Origin: an uncultured Gemmatimonadaceae bacterium
GTDB lineage: Bacteria; Gemmatimonadota; Gemmatimonadetes; Gemmatimonadales; Gemmatimonadaceae
Length of the DNA: 64,000 nt
Reading direction: 5' to 3'
Assembly (NCBI GenBank): GCA_963761305.1
Contig: CAVXGK010000001.1
Span: 160,001-224,000 of the forward strand
Part shown: piece after piece, positions 32,332 to 39,878 of the stretch
How positions within the stretch are numbered: the stretch's first letter is position 1
Layout of the letters: every line of letters starts with the position of its first letter
Position numbers and translations under genes: made by a program
The notes under the pieces: generated by a model
Told to the model about the DNA's origin: nothing
The model's database searches: none
What the model saw: the letters and a program-made list of their open reading frames with translations, nothing else

Positions 32332-32925
32332 GTGCACTCGGCGGCGAGTCTTGCGCGCCGCGGACGAAAACGCCCGCGGACCGGTAGGCGCCGGCTGCTC
32401 CCGGGTTTTCGACGCCCGTTCCCCGAAATCACTTTCGGTTCATCCGGACTTCACTTTGCTCGAACGGCGACTCACGCCACTCGGCCCACGCCTCACTTTG
32501 CTCCGTTCGAGATTCACTCTGCTCTCTCGGAAATTCACTTCGTGCGGTACGAGATTCACATGCCTCCGTCCCGAGTGCACCCGGCACGATCCCGCATTCA
32601 GTCTGCTCCGGACCGCGCTCCGTCCGCTCTAGACCGCGTGCCGCTTGCTCCGGACCGAGCTCCGTTTGCTCCGGGCCGAACTTCGTTTGCTCCAGACCGA
32701 ACTCCGTTTGCTCCGGACCGAACTCCGTTCGCTCTAGACCGCGTGAAGTTTGATCCGGACCGAACTCCGTTTACTCCGGACCGAACTCCGTTCGCTCTAG
32801 ACCGCGTGAAGTTTGCTCCGGACCGTGCTCCGTTCGCTCGATCCCGCGTTTGCACTGCGACGGACTGCGTCGCGATCGCCCGCGCCCGCATCGAGACGAC
32901 TGAAGACTCGATGCAACCAAGTTGA
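32332..32925 (+). CDS. Possible heptapeptide-repeat protein (may be non-coding)
   Basis: Frame open across the whole 21-bp array (EIHSALS / PDRTPFA repeats); no clear RBS. Confidence 0.25.
   Translation: MHSAASLARRGRKRPRTGRRRLLPGFRRPFPEITFGSSGLHFARTATHATRPTPHFAPFEIHSALSEIHFVRYEIHMPPSRVHPARSRIQSAPDRAPSALDRVPLAPDRAPFAPGRTSFAPDRTPFAPDRTPFALDRVKFDPDRTPFTPDRTPFALDRVKFAPDRAPFARSRVCTATDCVAIARARIETTEDSMQPS
32449..32847. repeat. Degenerate 21-bp tandem array, 19 units, with a 63-bp higher-order duplication
   Basis: Unit starts every 21 nt without indels; 32701-32763 is nearly identical to 32764-32826. Confidence 0.9.
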
Positions 32926-33150
32926 GACCGGATGTAGTTGACTCTGACCGCCACTTACGCGGTCAAAGCCCGCATCAAGTTGTGAACAGAACGCCTGAAA
33001 TTCACCCCAGCCGTGCTGACGTCGACGTCATCCACGCCCAACGGGACGTAAGACCGTCTTCCGTTCGCTCCACCGCTCGGCGCGTCGCGTCGCACCAAAC
33101 TCGCGCCCGCCACGTACCGTGTCCCGGACGCTCACCCGCGTGTCCCCAGC

Positions 33151-33186
33151 AGAAAAATCCCGGCCGAGGGAAGTCCGGCCGGGATT
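33151..33186 (-). terminator. Rho-independent terminator of the 33209-33745 gene
   Basis: Minus strand AATCCCGGCCG-GACTTCCCT-CGGCCGGGATT followed by a T run. Confidence 0.85.
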
Positions 33187-33208
33187 CAGTCAACGCAGCG
33201 CCGTGTCG

Positions 33209-33745
33209 TCAGCGCTTGATCGAGAGCCTGTTGCTGGACGGATTGAAGCGACACGTGATCGGAACGCCGTCGCGTCCGCGATGGCGCACGGTCATCGTCA
33301 CGTCCCACAGCGTGCCGCGTCGCGTCGCCGGCCCAACGGTGAGCACGTGATACCCGGGTGCCGAATTCACGAAATCCTCACAGCGGCGCTGAGCCCGCTG
33401 GTCCTGCGACTCCACTCGGCCGGCCGCACTGCCCGATCGCTCGAACCCTGGGAGATCGACGAGCCCTCGCGTCCCATCGAAGTGGCACGTGACGTCGACT
33501 TGATCGCTGCCGCGGCGCACGTGCCACGGAAAGGAATAGACAGTTCCGGTGAGCGACTCGCGGTCGCGACGGAGGATCACGTACCCGGCGCGCGCGGCCG
33601 CCGCGTTGCACGCGTCGCGTGCTCGGCCCCACGTCCCGGGTTGTTGCGCCGGCGCGCGGGCGCTCAGCAGCGCGACCGCGGTGAGCGCGGCGAACGAGAC
33701 GATGCCCAAGCGACTCCGCGGCATCGGTCGTGTTTGGTCATGCAT
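33209..33745 (-). CDS. Secreted hypothetical protein with two tandem Cys-pair domains
   Basis: RBS GGAG, signal peptide, repeated ARDAC...GY...VTCHFD / AQRRC...GY...ITCRFN, followed by a terminator. Confidence 0.75.
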   Translation of the reverse strand: MHDQTRPMPRSRLGIVSFAALTAVALLSARAPAQQPGTWGRARDACNAAAARAGYVILRRDRESLTGTVYSFPWHVRRGSDQVDVTCHFDGTRGLVDLPGFERSGSAAGRVESQDQRAQRRCEDFVNSAPGYHVLTVGPATRRGTLWDVTMTVRHRGRDGVPITCRFNPSSNRLSIKR

Positions 33746-33923
33746 GACAACTCCACCTCATCAAAAAGAAATCGTCGAGCGTCCGAGGCGGGGAGAGGGG
33801 GATCGCGTATGTGTTCGTTGGCCTTAAGGGCACGATCCGCGCCGCGCGTCGTGTGATGTACGTCGCAGTCGTGTAGGCGGCGATAGCGAACGGGACATCA
33901 TCAGAAAACGGCTCACGACAGGC

Positions 33924-34316
33924 TGTTCGCGCCACGCGCAACACGCGGTGATAGCCGCGCGCCGAAAGGTTGAGCGTTTCCATGGCCGACGTGACGAGCT
34001 CGCGCGCCGCCGGCGCGATCGCGCCATGCGAAAGCAGCCAGCGCCCCGAGGCGTGCGCGTTGCACCGCACGCCGGGCAAGCGTGCAAACCGGCGGCGCTG
34101 AATCGCTCGGCTCTGCTCGACTCGGGCTCGAATCGTCGTCGACGGCTCGCCGTCACTGGCGCGCTGCATCGCCGAGGGCGCGACCGCGCTCAGCGTGACA
34201 TGCATGTCGATACGGTCGGCAAGCGGACCCGACAGACGGCCGCGATAGCGAACGATCTCGCCTTCGGAACACGTGCACACGCGCGTCGGCTCGCCGGCAT
34301 TGCCGCACGGACAGGG
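33924..34316 (-). pseudogene. comM: Displaced, truncated original 3' end of comM
   Basis: PCPCG...RLSGPLADRIDMHV...LSARGYHRVLRVART; lacks the N-terminus and the last ~35 codons. Confidence 0.9.
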
Positions 34317-34767
34317 TTTCGTTGCCCATCTACGATGGCGGTTAACCGCGCCGAAGCCCATTTCAGGCTACCCGCGCGAGCTCCGGCATGTTGGCGACCA
34401 CCTGCTTAGACGGCGGCTCGACTTGGGTCTTGATCAGAAACAGGCCGCCAAGCGTCTTGGAACGGGAGCCTGGAACCTCCGAAACTGGGAGACCGGCCGG
34501 CATGGTATTCAGCCGTGGTTCTATCCCGCCATCATTGGCTTCCTCGGCTACAATCCGCTTCCGGAGTCCACGACCCGGGGGAACGCCATCCGTCGAGAGC
34601 GCCTGAGTCGCGGCTGGTCGCGAAGCCGCTTAGCGATCGAGGCGGCCGTTGATGAAGGCACGGTACGCCGGCTCGAGGAGGACGCCCTGCGCGTGGCGCG
34701 GCAACCCCTCGGTCGCGTCATCCGGGCACTCCATCTGACGCCCGAGCGTGTGCCCCGGCCCGGTTAG
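34273..34767 (+). CDS. Double XRE-type HTH DNA-binding protein (start uncertain, frame crosses the att site)
   Basis: GDHLLRRRLDLGLDQKQAAKRLG...NWETG and IRRERLSRGWSRSRLAIEAAVDEGTVRRLE. Confidence 0.75.
   Translation: MHTRVGSPALPHGQGFVAHLRWRLTAPKPISGYPRELRHVGDHLLRRRLDLGLDQKQAAKRLGTGAWNLRNWETGRHGIQPWFYPAIIGFLGYNPLPESTTRGNAIRRERLSRGWSRSRLAIEAAVDEGTVRRLEEDALRVARQPLGRVIRALHLTPERVPRPG
34305..34320. repeat. Putative att core, comM-distal junction
   Basis: GCACGGACAGGGTTTC; comM similarity begins exactly here. Confidence 0.75.
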
Positions 34768-34873
34768 TCATCTATCGCTCGAATCACGTCACGGGCGTTT
34801 CATTCGCCTGAACTGGGAAAACTCGATTCCGGCCACGGTAACGAGGCATGCGCTCACGTGTTTCCCCTCAGCG

Positions 34874-36967
34874 TCAAAACGCGGCGTGCAAGCGTATGGC
34901 GTAGATCGAGACCGGTCCTCGGTCCGCGTTGTAGCCGGGGTTCACGACGAACTGATAGTCGAAGCTGAGCGCCAGCCACTTCTTGGCTCCGTACGAGTAG
35001 TAGGCTTCGCTCACCCGTTCTTCGCGGTAATTGAGCCGCCCGTCGCCGATTAAGATTCCCAACCCACCGCCAGCAAAATAGGCGCGGGCCACGGAGGACA
35101 AACCTCCAACCACCCCGCTCACACCGATATTGTCGTTTGGCCGTCGCCACGCAACGCCTTTCAGAGCGCTGCCGAGCGAGAGGCTCTCGCTACAGTCGGT
35201 CCCGCCCAAGATTTCGTCCCGCCCGGGACTCCAACTCGCACGAGAAAACACGCCGAGATCCCGAGTGATTGCCTGCTCGGCGTTGACCACGATGCCGGGA
35301 TTGGTTCGCACCTCGCGCGTCAAGGTGATGTCGGGATAATTGGGCGAAGTGACCGGGAGCGCCACGGCGTCGGCATAGCCGCCCATCGTGCCGTGGTTCA
35401 CCCACCCGAACACGCGGAGTTTGCCCGGCTGCGAGACGAGCGAATACCGCCACTCCCATTCCGCTGCATACTCACCGCGCTCGGGGATGTGAAGGTCAAA
35501 CACGTTGTTGCTGGACACGATGGGCAGGAGGAAATAGCCGACACGGAAAGCCCAGCTCTGCTTGTTAAGCTCCGCCAGAGCGCCATACGTCCAGCTGATT
35601 TGGTCCATGGTCCAGTCGTAGGCGCCTGCGCCGTAGATATTCCAGTTGAGGAAGTTGGTTCGTGGATCATTCGCATAGGTGTTGACATCGAAGTAGTCCG
35701 TGACGGCGAGCCTTCCGGCGGCGACGGTGATCCGTGAGATGTCTTGTGCCCCAGCGAGTTGATTGGGGCCGTCCTCGACTGTTTCTTTGTCACCGCCGAG
35801 ACCAAATGTTTGGCGCAGAATGAGGCGATCGACGACGAACCGCGGCGCCGGAAACTCTGCCTTTTGAGCCTCTCCGTTAGGGAAGGCGGATACCCCATGG
35901 GTCGCATTGAGACCGTATCCCTGGTCGATCTCCGGGTTGAAATACGCCTGACCACCGGTCCACAATTGCACGCCCAGAAATGCGGTCGCGCTCACCGTGT
36001 TTTTCACCTGACTGGCGCCAGACAGGCTGTTCGTTCCCTCGTACGGTGACCGGAAGGCGAAATACCCCTGTTCGATGAACGTTTCTTGGCCGTGGATATT
36101 CCATCGGGCGCTGTCGATGGCTAGGGCATGGCTAGTGTCGCGGACGGGCGCGTACACGCCTGGCCAACTGAGGGATCGACGGAGTCCGAGCCGGAGGCTG
36201 TGCGCGGTCAGTCTTGACTCAAGGCCGGTCCCGGACGGGAAGACGACGCCTCGTTGTCCAAGTCGGTTGAAGAGATACTCGACACGCGCAGCCCAGCTCG
36301 GTGCGATCGCCAGCTCTGCACCTGCCCCGACATCCCAACCCGTGCGCCAGCGCAGCAGTGTGTCGGGATGGCTGCTCGAGACGGGGGTTTCAATAAAGCG
36401 CATTTGCGACGGAGCGAACCCGCCGGTTCCGTAGAACAGCCAGCGATCCGAGACATAGCCGAAGCGGCCGCGCAGCGTTGAGACAAAGTCGAGCTTTTCG
36501 GTGACGGTGCTGCCGTGGGCCGCTGTCCCGGATGCGACCGTTCCATCCTCGAAGAAGTGAGGGAACGAGACGTCGGCCTCGGTGCCGAGAAGAAGCCGCG
36601 AAGACAGCACGCGATTGTATCCGAGGAATGCACCGGCGTCGAGGCTGCCGAACCCATGGCTCGACCACATCGGTCTGGAATCGGAGAGCGTCACGGTGGC
36701 GCTGCCAGGACGGTAGCCGACATGGCCGCCGGCGTACCATCCGCTCCACTCACGGCTGGCGTCGGCGGTCGCATGAACGGGCAGCTGGGCGTCGACGTCG
36801 CCAGCCCGCGTGGCAGCAAGCGCCACGATCGCCGCGGGGACGAGAAGGCCGATCGTCGGATGTCGACGCTTCGTGGTTCGAGACGCCAATGGCGTGGCCC
36901 AAGCAGCGGCGGGCGTGCGGGCGAGCCCCCTGATGCGACCACTTGCGCGAGGAAAATTTCCTTCCAT
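34874..36967 (-). CDS. mnoP: MnoP-like high-affinity Mn2+ porin (Omp25-like N-terminal barrel plus OprB-family porin)
   Basis: WSGWYAGGHVGY N-domain; WNIHGQETFIEQGY...FPNGEAQKA...NPGYNADRGPVSI...RLHAAF; terminal Phe; divergent from mntH. Confidence 0.8.
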   Translation of the reverse strand: MEGNFPRASGRIRGLARTPAAAWATPLASRTTKRRHPTIGLLVPAAIVALAATRAGDVDAQLPVHATADASREWSGWYAGGHVGYRPGSATVTLSDSRPMWSSHGFGSLDAGAFLGYNRVLSSRLLLGTEADVSFPHFFEDGTVASGTAAHGSTVTEKLDFVSTLRGRFGYVSDRWLFYGTGGFAPSQMRFIETPVSSSHPDTLLRWRTGWDVGAGAELAIAPSWAARVEYLFNRLGQRGVVFPSGTGLESRLTAHSLRLGLRRSLSWPGVYAPVRDTSHALAIDSARWNIHGQETFIEQGYFAFRSPYEGTNSLSGASQVKNTVSATAFLGVQLWTGGQAYFNPEIDQGYGLNATHGVSAFPNGEAQKAEFPAPRFVVDRLILRQTFGLGGDKETVEDGPNQLAGAQDISRITVAAGRLAVTDYFDVNTYANDPRTNFLNWNIYGAGAYDWTMDQISWTYGALAELNKQSWAFRVGYFLLPIVSSNNVFDLHIPERGEYAAEWEWRYSLVSQPGKLRVFGWVNHGTMGGYADAVALPVTSPNYPDITLTREVRTNPGIVVNAEQAITRDLGVFSRASWSPGRDEILGGTDCSESLSLGSALKGVAWRRPNDNIGVSGVVGGLSSVARAYFAGGGLGILIGDGRLNYREERVSEAYYSYGAKKWLALSFDYQFVVNPGYNADRGPVSIYAIRLHAAF

Positions 36968-36979
36968 CTCACAACGTAG

Positions 36980-37015
36980 TTAGGTATGCCTAATAAATTG
37001 ACTAGACGAAGCTAG
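36980..37015. promoter_or_regulatory. Tandem DtxR/MntR-type operator boxes
   Basis: Dyad TTAGG-TATG-CCTAA (36980-36993) and CTAGACGAAGCTAG (37002-37015), starts 22 bp apart. Confidence 0.65.
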
Positions 37016-37100
37016 TAACGATCGACCCCGGCGGGCAAGGAGCTCGACGCGGAGCTGCTGATGGACGGCTGGAGGCCAACGGTGGTCCGTTGCTTATTTT

Positions 37101-37114
37101 TTTTATCCACCTAA
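37101..37114. promoter_or_regulatory. Degenerate MntR-type box upstream of mntH
   Basis: Minus strand TTAGGTGGATAAAA shares the TTAGGT half-site. Confidence 0.45.
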
Positions 37115-37165
37115 CTTTGTGGTTACCGTGGCCGCAATTTTATTGCGATCATTTCCGATCGCGAG

Positions 37166-38551
37166 ATGACCAACCCTATCCGCTCGCTCAAAGGCGAGGG
37201 GCCGACTGACGCACCACCGCAACCGGTCGGCAGTCACGACATCGGTTGGCGACGAGCGCGCGCCGCCCCCAGCCTGTCGGAGGTCTACCGGTCAGTTCCG
37301 GTCACGGGCCTGAGATGGTGGCGTCGCGCGCTCGCCTTCGCGGGGCCCGGCTATCTCATTGCTGTCGGTTATATGGACCCGGGTAACTGGGCCACCAGCC
37401 TCGCCGGCGGGTCGGCGTACGGCTACACGCTCTTGAGCGTCATCATGATCTCCAACCTGCTTGCGATCCTGCTCCAGGCGCTGGCGGTCAAGCTGGGGAT
37501 CGCTACGGGGCGTGACCTCGCGCAAGCGGTTCGGGATCACTATTCGCCCAGAGCCGTCATTTTCCATTGGATCATCTGCGAGATCGCGATCGCGGCCTGC
37601 GATCTCGCCGAGGTGATCGGCTCGGCCATCGCGCTCAACTTGCTTTTTCACATCCCGCTGGCATTCGGCGTCCTGCTGACGGGATTGGACGTCCTCATCG
37701 TACTGGCGCTCCAGAGCCGAGGGTTTCGGCTCCTCGAGGCGCTCGTGATCACGCTCATCGCGACCATCTCGGCGTGCTTTCTCTTCGAGCTCATCCTGGC
37801 CCGTCCGGACATCGGGCCGATGCTGCGGGCCTTCGTCCCCGCCACGGAAATCGTCAAGAACCGCCAGATGCTCTATATCGCGATGGGCATCCTCGGCGCG
37901 ACCGTGATGCCTCACAACCTGTATCTGCATTCCTCGATCGTGCAGACGCGCCGGTATGAGGAAACGAGCAGTGGCAAGCGAGAGGCGATTCGCTGGGCGA
38001 TCTTCGACTCCTCGCTCGCGCTGATGCTGGCGCTCTTCATCAATGGCGCGATCCTCGTCATGGCTGCCGCAGTGTTCTACCGCAGTGGGCACCACGACGT
38101 CGCAGAAATCCAGGATGCCTACAAACTCCTCACGCCATTGTTGGGCAGCACGGGGGCGAGCCTCGCCTTTGTGGTCGCGCTCCTCGCGTCCGGGCAGAAC
38201 TCGACCCTGACCGGGACGCTCGCCGGACAGATCACCATGGAGGGATTTCTCAATATCCGACTCCGCCCGTGGCTTCGCCGATTGATCACGCGCGGGCTGG
38301 CCATCACCCCGGCGATCATCGTCACCTTCGTGTACGGAGAGCACGGAACGGCCAAGCTCCTCATCCTGAGTCAGGTCATTCTCAGTATGCAGCTGTCATT
38401 CGCCGTGTTCCCGCTGGTCAAGTTCACCTCGGAGAGGGCGAAGATGGGCGAGTTCGTGAACTCGCGCTGGCTCACGTGGCTGTCGTGGACGGTTGCCTAT
38501 CTCATCGCGGCTTTGAATGTTTGGCTCCTGACGCAACTCTTGCTTACCTGA
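37166..38551 (+). CDS. mntH: Nramp-family Mn2+/H+ symporter
   Basis: [40 protein letters not shown]. Confidence 0.96.
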   Translation: MTNPIRSLKGEGPTDAPPQPVGSHDIGWRRARAAPSLSEVYRSVPVTGLRWWRRALAFAGPGYLIAVGYMDPGNWATSLAGGSAYGYTLLSVIMISNLLAILLQALAVKLGIATGRDLAQAVRDHYSPRAVIFHWIICEIAIAACDLAEVIGSAIALNLLFHIPLAFGVLLTGLDVLIVLALQSRGFRLLEALVITLIATISACFLFELILARPDIGPMLRAFVPATEIVKNRQMLYIAMGILGATVMPHNLYLHSSIVQTRRYEETSSGKREAIRWAIFDSSLALMLALFINGAILVMAAAVFYRSGHHDVAEIQDAYKLLTPLLGSTGASLAFVVALLASGQNSTLTGTLAGQITMEGFLNIRLRPWLRRLITRGLAITPAIIVTFVYGEHGTAKLLILSQVILSMQLSFAVFPLVKFTSERAKMGEFVNSRWLTWLSWTVAYLIAALNVWLLTQLLLT

Positions 38552-38566
38552 TTGGCCCGCTCCCGC

Positions 38567-39073
38567 ATGTACTCGCGTATTCTCGTCCCTCTCGAACATT
38601 CGCCGGCCGACGCAAGCATCCTCGCGCATGTGCGGAAGCTCGCGCGACACTGCAAAGCGTCGGTCGTCCTCATCCATGTTGCCGACGGCTGGGCGGCGCG
38701 GAACGCGCTCGCCCTCAATCTCCGCGAGTCCGAAGAAATCCGCGACGATCGCGCGTACCTCGAGGAGCGACGCGCCGAGCTCGAGGCGGCCGGGATCGAC
38801 ACGGACGCTGTGCTGGCGCGAGGTGATCCGGCGTCGGAAATCGATCTCGCGGCGCGGCGCGAGGGCGCCGATCTCATCGCCATGGCAACTCATGGACATG
38901 GGTTCTTGAATGACATCGTGCGCGGCACCGTGGCCAACGCGGTTCGGCATCGGTCGCTCGTTCCTGTGCTCCTCGTTCGCTCGATTGGCGTATCGGAACC
39001 AGTACGCGCGCTTGATGCACCGGATCGTACCGCCAAGCTGCCGTCTCCCATCTCATCCGAGGACCATTCGTGA
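38567..39073 (+). CDS. Universal stress protein
   Basis: MYSRILVPL, ADLIAMATHGH...GTVANAVRH...PVLLVR. Confidence 0.9.
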   Translation: MYSRILVPLEHSPADASILAHVRKLARHCKASVVLIHVADGWAARNALALNLRESEEIRDDRAYLEERRAELEAAGIDTDAVLARGDPASEIDLAARREGADLIAMATHGHGFLNDIVRGTVANAVRHRSLVPVLLVRSIGVSEPVRALDAPDRTAKLPSPISSEDHS

Positions 39074-39825
39074 CTCCCGCCCGTTCACGACAAAAACCGG
39101 ACGCGAGAGTGGCGCGGCGCGCGGCAACGCGGCGCGGGCCTTCCCCTGCCGACGTGGGTGATCTCACCGGACCAGTCGAGGACTATCTCAAGGCGATTTA
39201 CCAACGCGAACGCAGCGGCGAGCCAGCGGCCACGAATGATCTCGCGATAGATCTGGGTGTCGCGCCGGCCTCGGTTACGGGAATGGTACGTCGGCTAGCG
39301 GAACAGGGGCTGCTCATATACGAACGCTATCGCGGCGTTCGCCTTACCACGCACGGACGGCTTGGAGCGCTACGCACAATCAGGCGCCATCGCGTGATCG
39401 AGGCATACCTTGTCAAGGCGCTCGGATACCGATGGGATGAGGTACACGATGAGGCCGAGCGCCTGGAACATGCGGCATCCAACGATCTGATCGATCGTAT
39501 GGCCGAGGCGATCGGTGAGCCGACAGTCGACCCGCACGGCGCCCCCATCCCGAGCCGCGAAGGTTCGGTCGCAGAGGCGCAGTACCGAACGCTCAGGGAG
39601 CTCGAGCCAGGAATGAGTGCGGACGTGATGCAAGTGGAAGATGAGGATCCCGAGCTGCTACGGTATCTCGCCGAGCTTACGATCGTGCCCGGCAGCACGG
39701 TGCGAATAGTCGAGCGGGCGCCGTTCGGCGGGCCGATTACCGTTCAGATCGATAAACGATCGCGGCAAATCGGTCCGGCCCTCGCCGAACGCATATTGGT
39801 GCGGCCACGCCGTCCCCGCTCCTGA
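39070..39825 (+). CDS. mntR: DtxR/MntR-family metal-dependent repressor with FeoA-like domain
   Basis: EDYLKAIY, SVTGMVRRL, RRHRVIEAYL, EAERLEH, DPHGAPIP. Confidence 0.9.
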   Translation: MTPARSRQKPDARVARRAATRRGPSPADVGDLTGPVEDYLKAIYQRERSGEPAATNDLAIDLGVAPASVTGMVRRLAEQGLLIYERYRGVRLTTHGRLGALRTIRRHRVIEAYLVKALGYRWDEVHDEAERLEHAASNDLIDRMAEAIGEPTVDPHGAPIPSREGSVAEAQYRTLRELEPGMSADVMQVEDEDPELLRYLAELTIVPGSTVRIVERAPFGGPITVQIDKRSRQIGPALAERILVRPRRPRS

Positions 39826-39878
39826 TCTCTCGGCTTCCGAGCACTCGGACCGAAGCGGATTCGCTGGTTCGGTGAGAA

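Noticed and set aside
32449..32847. 21-bp array as a CRISPR array
   Set aside because: Units are contiguous with no unique spacers, and no cas genes were seen.
32940..33150. Possible ncRNA or gene remnant
   Set aside because: No recognisable tRNA, riboswitch or protein motif; short ORFs unconvincing.
33738..34361. 207-aa ORF as a real standalone gene
   Set aside because: Only the middle is comM-like; both ends are read-through of unrelated junction DNA and the ATPase motifs are missing.
37129..37148. Sigma-54 promoter upstream of mntH (TGGCCGC...TTGC)
   Set aside because: GG-to-GC spacing is 13 nt, not the required 10; it is only a short CGCAAT/ATTGCG palindrome.
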